The notes below the pieces were generated by a model. It worked only from the letters and a program-made list of their open reading frames with translations. It had not been told where the DNA came from and did no database searches. Below, in pieces: positions 9,329 through 18,493 of a DNA stretch of 64,000 nt (its first letter is position 1; every line of letters begins with the position of its first letter). Source of the DNA: Vicinamibacteria bacterium (lineage in GTDB: Bacteria; Acidobacteriota; Vicinamibacteria; Marinacidobacterales; Marinacidobacteraceae); assembly GCA_965199715.1 (NCBI GenBank), contig OZ241322.1:192001-256000 (forward strand), given 5' to 3'. The position numbers were made by a program, and so were the translations under genes.

Positions 9329-10249
9329 TCGCGCCGTGCGCTGCGAAGGACCGCCGCCGGCGAGCAGCCGGATCGGGCTGCTGAAGGTGGATACGGTGAC
9401 TTCGGGGCCGCTGTCGCCGTGACGGCCGGCGAGCGTCAGCGGAGTGCTCGGCGTGGGCTCCATGGGAAAGTCCGAGACGATCTCGCCGCGGAACGTGGAC
9501 GCGTCCAGCAGGAAGCCGGGGACCGCCCCGAATCCGAGATCCACCTCGCCCGAGTGGGTGCGGACCTCGTACCAGCCGTCCTCGCGCAAGGCGCCGGCGA
9601 GCCGGATGTTCGCGGTGAGGGTCTCGGCGGTGCAGCGCCGGGCGGCGACGTCCTCGAGGCGCATCTCGCCGCTCACCGTCTCGGCGACCACGTGGTCGGC
9701 GACGAGGCCGTTCACCTCGAGCGGCCCGCTGATGCTCCGCAGCAGGAAGCGCCCGCCCGGCGAGGCCACGTCCTCGAGCGAGATCGCCGCGGTGAACGAA
9801 CGGACCGTGAGCGAAAGCCCCTCGGGCAGCCAGAGCTCGAGATCGACGAGCACCGGCGGGATGCGCCGGGGCGCGCGCACCTCGGTGAGCGGGATCTCGC
9901 GGGTGCGCCCGTCCGCGCCCCGAGGCGGCTGCGGACCGATCCGCACGTGGCCCTCGGTCTGGTGGAGGTCGAGATTCACCCGGCGGAAATGCCGCTCGCT
10001 CTCCTCGGGCGGGACCCCCGGCTGCAGGCGCTTGACCGCGACGAACCGAAGCAGGCGATCCTCCGTCGCGGCGCTGCGCACCGCGACCTGCCCGGCGAAG
10101 TTCATGACCGAAACGGCCGTGCCCGCCTCGACTTCGATGGTCCGCTCGACGCGCATCGTCTCCTGCACGGCCGCTGCTGGGGCGGCGGCGCCCAGGCACA
10201 GGGCGGCGGCCCACAGCGGGGCGCGTCTCGGGTCGGGTTTCATCTGCAT
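9326..10249 (-). CDS. Exported DUF4097 (adhesin-like beta-strand repeat) protein
   Basis: Signal-like WAAALCLGAAAPAAA; repeated xTxSGx(I/L/V)xL units (SISGPL, TVSGEM, THSGEV, TFRGEI, TFSSPI). Confidence 0.75.
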   Translation of the reverse strand: MQMKPDPRRAPLWAAALCLGAAAPAAAVQETMRVERTIEVEAGTAVSVMNFAGQVAVRSAATEDRLLRFVAVKRLQPGVPPEESERHFRRVNLDLHQTEGHVRIGPQPPRGADGRTREIPLTEVRAPRRIPPVLVDLELWLPEGLSLTVRSFTAAISLEDVASPGGRFLLRSISGPLEVNGLVADHVVAETVSGEMRLEDVAARRCTAETLTANIRLAGALREDGWYEVRTHSGEVDLGFGAVPGFLLDASTFRGEIVSDFPMEPTPSTPLTLAGRHGDSGPEVTVSTFSSPIRLLAGGGPSQRTAR

Positions 10250-10263
10250 GTCGTTCGTTCTCC

Positions 10264-10683
10264 CTATCCGGTGGACGGGGGTTCCGGTCCGGAAAAATCC
10301 TCGATGCGGTCGCGGGCGGCTTCGCCGTCCCCGCGTTCCAGATCTCGCATCAGCATCAGGGTGTTGTGCAGCAGCTCCAGCTTCCGGGAGAGGCTCTCGA
10401 GGAGCGACTGCTGCGCCTGCTCGTCCTCGGGCGCGGCCTCGGCGGCGAGGCGCCCCTCGGCGATGGCCTCGTCGATCGCGGCGAGCTCCGGGGAAATGGC
10501 CCGGTGGGCCTCGCCCCGGTCGGCGAACGCGCTCTCCACGTCGCTGATCGCCCGCTCGTAGAGCACCGCCGCGTCGCCGACCGGATTCGGGTCGGGCGCG
10601 GGGGCCGGATCGCCGGGGACGAGGAAGCTGAGCAGCAGGCCGGCGGCGGCGAGGAGCGGCAGAAGCCACAGAACGCGGCGCAT
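10264..10683 (-). CDS. Membrane-anchored helical protein resembling the extracytoplasmic half of an anti-sigma factor
   Basis: N-terminal TM followed by YERAI..L, LAAIDEAIAE.R.A....PED and KLELL; directly upstream of the DUF4097 gene. Confidence 0.55.
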   Translation of the reverse strand: MRRVLWLLPLLAAAGLLLSFLVPGDPAPAPDPNPVGDAAVLYERAISDVESAFADRGEAHRAISPELAAIDEAIAEGRLAAEAAPEDEQAQQSLLESLSRKLELLHNTLMLMRDLERGDGEAARDRIEDFSGPEPPSTG

Positions 10684-10695
10684 CCCGCCGAAACG

Positions 10696-12351
10696 CTAGC
10701 GCAGCGAGGCGAGTCCGAGGCCAGCGGCCGCCGCGGCGGCGAGGAGCAGCGTCCAGCCGATGGCGTGGCGGAACGGGCGGGGCTCGCCGGCGATCCGCCG
10801 GGCGCCCTCGTGGAGCCGCCCGACGAGCCGCTCCCGGAGGTGCACGACGACGGGGGAGACGTTGCCGAGAACCGCGACCGTCGCGGCGCCGGCGGATCGC
10901 AACGGCTTGCGGTAGAGCCAGTCGGCGTCGAGGGTGACCTTCGGGGTCGGGGCGAGTTGCGGGAGCTTCCGGAAGAACAGGATCGCCGTCCCGACGAGGA
11001 TTCCGAGTCCGCCGACGACGTGATCCACGGTCCACGGCGCGTAGGTCGCGGGGAAGGGGAGGAGGCGGTAGAGAAGGCCCGGGAAGACGCCGTAGAGGAG
11101 GCAGAGCCCGGCGAGGATTCCCATGGCGGCGAGCATGTTCGTCGGCAGCGGGCGGGTCTTCACGCCCCGGTCGGGGCCGAAGAACGCGAACCAGGGGAGC
11201 TTCAGCCCCACCGAGAGGAAGGTGCCCACCGCTGCGAGGGTGAGCAGCAGCTCGGGCCAGAAGAGGTGCTCCTCGGCCGCCGCGCTCACGATCATGGACT
11301 TGCTGATGAAGCCGTTGAAGAGCGGAGCGCCGGAAATGGACAGCGCGCCGACGAGGTAGAGCGCGACCCCCCAGCGCATCCGCGACGCGGTCCCGCCGAG
11401 ATCGGTCAGCTTGTGGAGGCCGGTGGCCTCGATCGCGGCGCCCGCGCCCATGAAGAGCAGGGCCTTGTAGAGGATGTGCGAGTAGGCGTGGGCGACCGTC
11501 CCGTTCAGCGCGAGCGCGGTTCCGATTCCGACGCCGGCCACCATGTAGCCCACCTGGCTGACGATGTGGTAGCTCAGCAACCGGCGGAGGTCGTTCTCCA
11601 TGAGCGCGAAGATCGCCCCCCACAGCGACATCGCCACCCCGAGCGGGACGAGGACGCCCGTCTCGGGGAAGAAGCGGACGAGCGCGTACACCGCGGTCTT
11701 CGTGGTGCACGCCGAGAGGAAGACCGCGCCGGAGGTCGAGGCCTCGGGATAGGCGTCGGTGAGCCAGGCGTGGAGCGGGGGGACCGCGGCGTTGACCGCG
11801 ACCGCGGCGAGGATGAGCCAGAAGGCGGGGCCGTCCTGCGGGGGGCCGAACCCGGCGCCGCGCTGGAGGACGATCCCGAAGAACAGCAGCGCCCCGCCCG
11901 CCGCATGCACGAGGAAGTAGCGCATGCCCGCGGCGCGGGCGCCCGGGCCGCCGCGCCAGATGAGCGTCATCGACGTGATCGCCATGGCCTCCCAGAACAC
12001 GAAGAAGGTGATCCAGTCGCCCGCGAGCACGGTCGCCAGGGTGGCCCCGGCGTAGGCCATCGCGGCCGCGGTCTCGTGGCGCTGGAGCCGGTGCGCCCCG
12101 TAGAGGAGCCCGGCGACCGCGACGATCCCGAAGACCAGCGCGAAGACGCGGGAGAGTTCGTCCGCGTGGAGCCAGACGAGGTCGAAGCCGGCGACGCGCG
12201 TCTCGAGCGACATGGGAGCCAGTCGGACGACGGCGAGAAGGCTGGCGGCTGCGAAGGCGAGCCCGATCCGGGCGGGACCGAACCGGTTCCCGAACAGCAG
12301 CGCGGCGGCCGCCCCGGCGAACAGCCAGACGGACGGGTGCGAGAGGATCAC
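10696..12351 (-). CDS. Mrp Na+/H+ antiporter subunit D/A-like (proton-conducting membrane transporter)
   Basis: GTG overlaps the upstream stop; FWEAM, PPLHAWLTDAYPEA, TKTAVY, RRLLSYHIVSQVGYM and HILYKALLFM. Confidence 0.88.
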   Translation of the reverse strand: MILSHPSVWLFAGAAAALLFGNRFGPARIGLAFAAASLLAVVRLAPMSLETRVAGFDLVWLHADELSRVFALVFGIVAVAGLLYGAHRLQRHETAAAMAYAGATLATVLAGDWITFFVFWEAMAITSMTLIWRGGPGARAAGMRYFLVHAAGGALLFFGIVLQRGAGFGPPQDGPAFWLILAAVAVNAAVPPLHAWLTDAYPEASTSGAVFLSACTTKTAVYALVRFFPETGVLVPLGVAMSLWGAIFALMENDLRRLLSYHIVSQVGYMVAGVGIGTALALNGTVAHAYSHILYKALLFMGAGAAIEATGLHKLTDLGGTASRMRWGVALYLVGALSISGAPLFNGFISKSMIVSAAAEEHLFWPELLLTLAAVGTFLSVGLKLPWFAFFGPDRGVKTRPLPTNMLAAMGILAGLCLLYGVFPGLLYRLLPFPATYAPWTVDHVVGGLGILVGTAILFFRKLPQLAPTPKVTLDADWLYRKPLRSAGAATVAVLGNVSPVVVHLRERLVGRLHEGARRIAGEPRPFRHAIGWTLLLAAAAAAGLGLASLR

Positions 12352-12557
12352 CGGTAGTAGTCCTCGGACCGCGCCAGAAGTCGCTTCAGGAAGCGGGGGC
12401 CGACGAGGACGAGAAGCGCCGCGCCGGCGACCCCGACGATCGCGTCCGAAAGCGGAATCGAGTTCCACCACGCGCCGTGCGGGTGGTAGCCGCCGAAGAG
12501 GTTCCATGCGTCGGCGGCGCCGAGCAGGAGGACCGCGACGACCGCGAGGCGCTTCAT
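12348..12557 (-). CDS. Small 2-TM protein embedded in the mrp operon
   Basis: 69 aa, coupled by overlapping start/stop codons on both sides; ends R-EDYY. Confidence 0.7.
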   Translation of the reverse strand: MKRLAVVAVLLLGAADAWNLFGGYHPHGAWWNSIPLSDAIVGVAGAALLVLVGPRFLKRLLARSEDYYR

Positions 12558-14050
12558 CGCGCGCCTCCCGCGAGCGTCGCCGGGACCGACTCGACGACGG
12601 ACGCCGCGGCTTCGGCGGCGAGGGACCAGAAGCCGACCCCGAAGTCGGGGAACAGCCCGAGCGCCACCGCGACGGCGGCGGTGGCCGCGGGCGGTCCCGC
12701 GAGCAGCCACGAGGCCTTGCGGAACTGCGTCCGCGATGGTTCGTCGAACCATGCGGCGCGCAGGATCGGGATGTAGTACGCGAAGTTCAGGAGGCCGCTG
12801 AGCAGCAGCACAGCCACGACCCACCACTGGCCTTCGGCGAGTCCGCCGAGCGCGAGGTTCCACTTGGAGAGGAATCCGGGCAGGAGCGGCGCTCCGCCCA
12901 TGCCGATCGCGCCGACGGAGAACGCGGCGAAGGTGACCGGCATGGCCGGGCCGAGGCCCCGGAGATCGCGGATCCGCTCGATGCCGTTCGCCGCGTAGAT
13001 GGAGCCGGCGCAGAAGAACAGGGTGATCTTCATGAAGCCGTGGGCGGCCACGTGAAAGATCGCGCCGGCGAGCGCGAGCGGCGAGCCGATGGCCGCGCCG
13101 AGCACGATGTAGCTGAGCTGGCTCACCGTGGACCACGCGAGCCGCCGCTTCAGGTGGTCCTCGCCGAGCGCCCGGAGCGACGCGAAGACGATGGTCAGCG
13201 CGGCGAGCAGCGCGAGCGGCAGCGCGACCCCGAGGTCGCGCATCAGCTCGGGGCCGAAGGTCCAGCCGGTCACGCGGAGCACGCCGAACGCGCCCGCCTT
13301 GACGACCGCGACCGCGTGCAGCAGCGCGCTCACCGGCGTCGGCGCGACCATGGCGCGGGGCAGCCAGGCGTGGAGCGGCAGGATCGCGGCCTTGGCGCCG
13401 ACGCCGACGAGGAAGAGGAGGAACAGGATGCGCAGCGCCGGGTCGCTCGCCGCGCCGGCGAGGAACCCGCCCGGCGTGAAGCTCGCGCCGGGAACGAGCG
13501 AGCCGGTCCAGACCACCGCGGCGAGGAGAAGCTGCCCGGCCAGCAGCGTGTAGAACAGGTAGGAGCGAGCCGAGGAGAGCACGCCCGGGGCGTCGCGCCG
13601 GTGGGTCACGAGCGGCCAGGTGGAGACGGTGAGGATCTCGTAGAAGATCAGGAAGGTCAGCGGGTTGGCGGCGAGCGCGATCCCCGCTGCCGAGGCCACG
13701 GCCACGGCGAACGCGGCGTAGTAGCCGGTCTGGTGGCGCTGCTTCGTGGCGCGGAGGTAGCCCATCGAGTACGGATGGGCGGCCAGCCAGAGCAGCGAGG
13801 CGAGCGTCAGGAAGACGAGCCCGAGCGGATCGGCGCGCAACTGGAGCGGCGCGCCCGGAAGGAGCGGGATCGCCGGGGTGACCAGCGTCCCTTCCTGGGC
13901 GAGCATCCACAGCGCCGTCGCGAGCTGGAGCCCGGCGGCGAGGAAGGACCAGGCCTCCCGGAGGTTCGGGCGGCGGCCGAAGAGCAGGATCGGGACGACC
14001 GCGAGGAGCCCGGGAAGCACCGCGAGGAACGGCGCGAGCGAAACGGTCAC
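12554..14050 (-). CDS. mrpD: Mrp antiporter subunit D family protein
   Basis: FYEILT, KAAILPLHAWLPRAMVAPTPVSALLHAVAVVKAG, KRRLAWSTVSQLSYI. Confidence 0.88.
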   Translation of the reverse strand: MTVSLAPFLAVLPGLLAVVPILLFGRRPNLREAWSFLAAGLQLATALWMLAQEGTLVTPAIPLLPGAPLQLRADPLGLVFLTLASLLWLAAHPYSMGYLRATKQRHQTGYYAAFAVAVASAAGIALAANPLTFLIFYEILTVSTWPLVTHRRDAPGVLSSARSYLFYTLLAGQLLLAAVVWTGSLVPGASFTPGGFLAGAASDPALRILFLLFLVGVGAKAAILPLHAWLPRAMVAPTPVSALLHAVAVVKAGAFGVLRVTGWTFGPELMRDLGVALPLALLAALTIVFASLRALGEDHLKRRLAWSTVSQLSYIVLGAAIGSPLALAGAIFHVAAHGFMKITLFFCAGSIYAANGIERIRDLRGLGPAMPVTFAAFSVGAIGMGGAPLLPGFLSKWNLALGGLAEGQWWVVAVLLLSGLLNFAYYIPILRAAWFDEPSRTQFRKASWLLAGPPAATAAVAVALGLFPDFGVGFWSLAAEAAASVVESVPATLAGGAR

Positions 14051-15462
14051 GGCGGCCAGCTTCCGGCGAAGAATCCGACGGTGAGGGTCAGGACGGCGAG
14101 AAACGTCAGGCCGAAACTTATGGAGAGGGGCAGCGTCGCCGGCGCGTCGGACGCCGGCTTGCGGAACCAGATCGCCTCGAGGAGCCGCAGGAAATAGACG
14201 GCGCTGAGGACGCTGGAGACGAGCAGCGCGGCGAAGGCGAAGGCGTTCGTCTCCCAGGCCGCCGCCAGCAGCAGGTACTTCGAAAAGAACCCGGCGGCGG
14301 GCGGCAGCCCGATCAGCGAGAGCGCGGCGACGCTCAGCGCGACCGCTTCGAGCGGCGCGCGGGCGCCGAACCCCGCCCAGTCGCGGATCGTTCCCAGCCC
14401 GTGCTCGAAGCGGGCGCTTCCGGCCCCGAAGAAGAGCGCCCCCTTGGCGAGGGCGTGGGCGATCATGTGCGCGGTCGCGCCGGCGATCGCGAGCTCGGAG
14501 CCGATCGCGATCCCCAGCAGGATCGTTCCCATCGCCCCGACGCTGGACCAGGCCAGCATCCGGACCACGTCGGTCTGGGCGACGGCGAGCGCCCCGCCGA
14601 CGAGCGCGCCGGCGATTCCGAGCCAGAGCGCCACGTCGAGCGCCAGCGCCGCGGCCTCGGTCTCCGCCGCGACTTCGCCGACGACCCGCAGGATCGCGAA
14701 GGCGCTCACCTTGGCCATGACCGCGGCGATGAATCCGGCGGCTGCGGGAGGCATGTGCGCGTAGGTGTCCGGGAGCCAGCCGTGAAGCGGGAAGAGCGCC
14801 GCCTTGAGCGCCAGTCCGGTCGCGATCAGCGCGACGCCGACGGCGACCGCGGGGCCGCTTTCGGCGGGGAGCGCGCCGAGCCGCCCGGTGAGGTCGTCCA
14901 TGTTCAGCGTGCCGGTGACCGCGTAGAGGAATCCGATACCGAGGAGGTAGAGCGAGCCCCCGGCGGTGCCGACGAGGAGATAGCGGAACGAGGCGATCGC
15001 CGCCCGCCGGCCGCCGCCGGCGATGAGCGCGTAGGCGGCGAGCGACGAGATCTCGAGAAAGACGAACAGGTTGAAGAGGTCCCGCGTCGCGACGATGCCG
15101 ACGAGTCCGGAAAGCAGGAGCATCACCGCGGCGTAGAGGAGGCCCTCGCGGGTGCGCGAGGTCTTGCCGACCTCGAGCGGGCTGGCGGCGGCGGCGCGGG
15201 TCGCCATGAACGAGATGAGCAGGATCAGCAGGACGCTCAGCGGGTCGAGTTGGATCTCGATCCCCCACGGGCCGGGCCAGCCGCCCATCGCGTAGCGGAT
15301 CGGCCCCTCGCGGAGGACGTGGAGCAACAACCGGAGCGCGATCAACGTGTGGGCCGCGACGAGGCCGAGCGTGACCGGGCGGGCGGCGCGGCCGAGGAGC
15401 GGAACGAGCGCCGCGGCGCCGAGCGGCAGCGCGATGAGGGCGCCGCTCAGGACTTCGGTCAC
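14047..15462 (-). CDS. mrpD: Mrp antiporter subunit D
   Basis: DLFNLFVFLEI, GTLNM, KAALFPLHGWLPDTY, GLPPAAGFFSK. Confidence 0.9.
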   Translation of the reverse strand: MTEVLSGALIALPLGAAALVPLLGRAARPVTLGLVAAHTLIALRLLLHVLREGPIRYAMGGWPGPWGIEIQLDPLSVLLILLISFMATRAAAASPLEVGKTSRTREGLLYAAVMLLLSGLVGIVATRDLFNLFVFLEISSLAAYALIAGGGRRAAIASFRYLLVGTAGGSLYLLGIGFLYAVTGTLNMDDLTGRLGALPAESGPAVAVGVALIATGLALKAALFPLHGWLPDTYAHMPPAAAGFIAAVMAKVSAFAILRVVGEVAAETEAAALALDVALWLGIAGALVGGALAVAQTDVVRMLAWSSVGAMGTILLGIAIGSELAIAGATAHMIAHALAKGALFFGAGSARFEHGLGTIRDWAGFGARAPLEAVALSVAALSLIGLPPAAGFFSKYLLLAAAWETNAFAFAALLVSSVLSAVYFLRLLEAIWFRKPASDAPATLPLSISFGLTFLAVLTLTVGFFAGSWPP

Positions 15463-15788
15463 AGGAGTTCTTCCTCGTCGAGCGAGCCCTCGGAGCCGCG
15501 GATGCGGATGAGCAGCGCGAGCGCGAGGCCGGTCGTGGCCACCGAGACCACGATCGCGGTGAGCATGAGCGTGTGCGGCAGCGGGTTCATGAAGGCCGCC
15601 GCCGCGACGGCGCCCTCCTCCGCCCCGACGATGGGAACCCGCGCGCTCTCCTTCCAGCCGAGCGCCACGTAGAACGCCATCACCGCCACTTGCATCACGT
15701 TCATCGCGAGGAGCTTGCGTAGCAGGTTCGGGACGAGCGCCATCCCGGCGAGGCCGACGACAAAGAGAGTCACCGCGAGCGCGTACAC
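15459..15788 (-). CDS. mrpC: Mrp antiporter subunit C
   Basis: NLLRKLLAMN and NPLPHTLMLTAIVVSVATTGLALAL. Confidence 0.88.
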   Translation of the reverse strand: MYALAVTLFVVGLAGMALVPNLLRKLLAMNVMQVAVMAFYVALGWKESARVPIVGAEEGAVAAAAFMNPLPHTLMLTAIVVSVATTGLALALLIRIRGSEGSLDEEELL

Positions 15789-15793
15789 CGGCG

Positions 15794-16516
15794 CTACTCC
15801 CGGACTCCGGCGCTGATCGTGTGGAAGAGCGCGACGACCGTGCCGGCGACGGCGACGAAGACGGCCGTCTCGATCAGCAGCGTGGCCAGCTCGCGGATCG
15901 CCGCCGGCTCCGAGCCGAACGGCAGGACGCCGTAGTCGAGGAACGCCCCGCCGAACGCGATGCAGGCGACGCCGATCCCGACGTACCCGGCGAGCCCGAG
16001 GCACGCCATGGCGAAGGAGGTCTTGAGGCCCGGCCCGAAGCCGCCGCCTCGAACGAGCCGCATCGCGATCAGCCCCGACCCGAACAGCACGCCCCCCTGA
16101 AAGCCCCCGCCGGGGCTCACGTGGCCGTGGATGAGGACGTATGTTGCGAACAGCAGAATCCACGGAACGAGCGCGCGGGTCGCGGCGTCGAGCACGTCGC
16201 TGCCGAACGGGTGGGCGAGGGCCGGGCCGTCGCGCTCGCCGTTCCCGCCGAACGCGCCGAGGACGAGGAGGCAGCCGAGCCCCGCCGCGAAGATGACCGC
16301 GGTTTCGCCCAGCGTGTCGTAGCTGCGGTAGTCGGCGAGAACCGCGGTGACCATGTTCAGGGCGCCGGTCTCCGCCCGGGCGTCCTCGATGAAGCGCGGC
16401 GATACATGGGTCGCGGCCGGGGACTCCGGGTCGCCGAACTCGGGCAGGGCGCCGGCCCCGGCGAGCAGGCCGACGAGCAGGCCGCCCGACGCGAGCCCGA
16501 CGAGGAGCCGGCGCAT
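15794..16516 (-). CDS. mrpB: Mrp antiporter subunit B (MbhE + MnhB domains)
   Basis: NMVTAVLADYRSYDTLGETAV and HGHVSPGGGFQGG. Confidence 0.88.
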   Translation of the reverse strand: MRRLLVGLASGGLLVGLLAGAGALPEFGDPESPAATHVSPRFIEDARAETGALNMVTAVLADYRSYDTLGETAVIFAAGLGCLLVLGAFGGNGERDGPALAHPFGSDVLDAATRALVPWILLFATYVLIHGHVSPGGGFQGGVLFGSGLIAMRLVRGGGFGPGLKTSFAMACLGLAGYVGIGVACIAFGGAFLDYGVLPFGSEPAAIRELATLLIETAVFVAVAGTVVALFHTISAGVRE

Positions 16517-16517
16517 C

Positions 16518-16760
16518 TCAGTCGAACCACCGCGACGTGCGGAACGCCACCGAGACCAGCAGGATGGCGCTGAGCGCGCCGCCGACCGACGCCTCGGTGA
16601 AGGCCACGTCCACGGCCCCCAGCAGCGCGAACCACGTCGCCGCGGCGAAGCTGAACACGCCGAAGAGCGCGGCGGCGGCGAGCACGTCCTTGACCAGCAG
16701 CGACGCGATCGCGACGAGGATCATCACCGCGAGCAGGCCCGTGGCGACCAGCGCGGTCAT
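16518..16760 (-). CDS. DUF4040/MbhD-type Mrp small subunit
   Basis: LGAVDVAFTEASVG motif; three TM segments. Confidence 0.82.
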   Translation of the reverse strand: MTALVATGLLAVMILVAIASLLVKDVLAAAALFGVFSFAAATWFALLGAVDVAFTEASVGGALSAILLVSVAFRTSRWFD

Positions 16761-17062
16761 TCGGGCCGCTCGTCGCCGCTGCGCAGCCGGGCGCGCCCGA
16801 GCGCGTGGGTGGCGGTCGGGGTGGCGATGGCCACGAAGACCGCGATGAGCGCGTAGCGGGCGGCGATCGCCCAGTCCTCCGAGAGGATCGCGAGGCCGAT
16901 CAGCGTGAACCCGAGCCCGACCGTCTCGCACTTGGAGATCGCGTGCAGGCGGGTGAAGAAGTCGGGGAGGCGCAGCACGCCCACCACGGTGGCGAGGATG
17001 AAGACCAGTCCGGCCGCCATCATGGCGGCGGCGACGAGTTCGCGGGGACCGAGATCGCTCAT
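16757..17062 (-). CDS. mrpG: Mrp antiporter subunit G
   Basis: GVLRLPDFFTRLHAISK and PTATHALGRA. Confidence 0.88.
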   Translation of the reverse strand: MSDLGPRELVAAAMMAAGLVFILATVVGVLRLPDFFTRLHAISKCETVGLGFTLIGLAILSEDWAIAARYALIAVFVAIATPTATHALGRARLRSGDERPE

Positions 17063-17319
17063 GCGGCGCGGTCGAAGTACTTCGCGAAGATCAGCGTCCC
17101 GAGGAACCCGATCAGGGCGTAGGCGAGCGCGATGTCCACGAACATCTCCGGGGTTCCGGAGAGCTCGCCGGCGACGAGCAGCAGGATGAGCGTCTTGGCG
17201 GCGATCGGGGCGAGGCCGGTGAGCCGGTCCCACAGCGTCGGCCCGCGCAGCACGCGTACGAGCGCTCCCAGGATCGCGAGGAACACGCACCCGGCGAAGA
17301 GCGCGAGGATGACGTCCAT
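17059..17319 (-). CDS. mrpF: Mrp antiporter subunit F
   Basis: RVLRGPTLWDR and DIALAYALIGFLGTLIFAKY. Confidence 0.88.
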   Translation of the reverse strand: MDVILALFAGCVFLAILGALVRVLRGPTLWDRLTGLAPIAAKTLILLLVAGELSGTPEMFVDIALAYALIGFLGTLIFAKYFDRAA

Positions 17320-17321
17320 CT

Positions 17322-17768
17322 TCAGCGGTAGAGGCGGGCCATTCGGGATCGCAGCGCCTGGCTGGGCTCGTCGCCCTCGAGCGCGTGGACGGCCAGCTCG
17401 CCGTCCTCCGAGTCGAGCGTGACGGTGCCCGGCGTGAGCGTGATCGAGTGGGCCAGCACCGCGCGGGCGGGCGCGTGGGGGAGCCCGTCCCGGAAGCGGC
17501 GGATCGCGGGGGAGATGCGCAGCGTCGGGGAGAGCACGATCCGCGCCACCCGCGCCGCCGAGAGGAGGATCGCGAAGACGAGCCACGCGAGGAAGGGAAT
17601 CCACCGGGGGCCGACGCCGAGCCCGGGCCGGTCGCGGAAGACCGCGCGGGTTCCGATGGCGATTCCGATCGCCGCCGCCGCCCCGGCGCCCAGATGGAAG
17701 CCGTCGGTCAGGCCCGACAGCAGGAACCAGAAACCGAAGAGGCCGGCTGCGAGGACGCCGCTCCGCAT
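17322..17768 (-). CDS. mrpE: Mrp antiporter subunit E
   Basis: LAHSITLTPGTVT and LAVHAL motifs. Confidence 0.88.
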   Translation of the reverse strand: MRSGVLAAGLFGFWFLLSGLTDGFHLGAGAAAAIGIAIGTRAVFRDRPGLGVGPRWIPFLAWLVFAILLSAARVARIVLSPTLRISPAIRRFRDGLPHAPARAVLAHSITLTPGTVTLDSEDGELAVHALEGDEPSQALRSRMARLYR

Positions 17769-17776
17769 GCCCCGGG

Positions 17777-18457
17777 TCAGCGGTAGAAGTTGACGCCGAC
17801 CAGGAACTGCTGGGTCCGGAAGCCGAAGTCGCTGCCCGACCAGATCCGGTACTCGGCCCGCGCCGAAAGGTAGGAGAGCACGTACACCTCGAACCCGGCG
17901 CCCACATGCGCGGTGAGCTTGTGGGAGGTCTCGTCGAGCCCGATCTCCACCCCGATGGGAATCCGGACTCCGGTCGGGGCTTCCGGATCGGCGTCGGGAT
18001 CGGGCTCCTCGTACATGTAGTCCTCGCGGACCTCGTCGCGGCGCACCACGCCGGCGCCGGCGAGGACATACAACTGGAACGGCTGGCGGCGGCCCAAGTG
18101 GTACACGACCGACCCGTCGAGGTGGTACCGGTTCGTCCGGTACTGGTACGCGGGAACCGCCAACACGTCCTCCACCGGCTCGTCTTTCTCGGTGTAGCGG
18201 CGGTTCGACCGCCCGAAGTGCAGCCCGGCCTCGAGGCTGAAGTTGTCGTTGAAGCGGAACGCGGCGCCCCCGCCGAGCCCGAAGCCGCGGCTCAGGTTGA
18301 GATTCTCGTGCGCCATCAACTGCGCCCCGGCTCCGGCGGCGAGGCGGAAGAGGTGCCCCTGCGCGCCGGCCGGCGCGGCCGCGAGCGCGGCGAGGAACGC
18401 TCCCAGAATCCCGGCCCGGAGAAGGGCGCGGGCGCGGGGATCGGGTTCCGGCGGCAC
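17777..18457 (-). CDS. Outer-membrane beta-barrel protein (OmpA/porin-like 8-strand)
   Basis: Signal peptide, alternating amphipathic strands (HVGAGFEVY, SARAEYR) and an aromatic C-terminus (VGVNFYR). Start codon uncertain. Confidence 0.7.
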   Translation of the reverse strand: MPPEPDPRARALLRAGILGAFLAALAAAPAGAQGHLFRLAAGAGAQLMAHENLNLSRGFGLGGGAAFRFNDNFSLEAGLHFGRSNRRYTEKDEPVEDVLAVPAYQYRTNRYHLDGSVVYHLGRRQPFQLYVLAGAGVVRRDEVREDYMYEEPDPDADPEAPTGVRIPIGVEIGLDETSHKLTAHVGAGFEVYVLSYLSARAEYRIWSGSDFGFRTQQFLVGVNFYR

Positions 18458-18493
18458 GTCGGGGGCATCCTACTTCACTACCATGCGGCCCCG

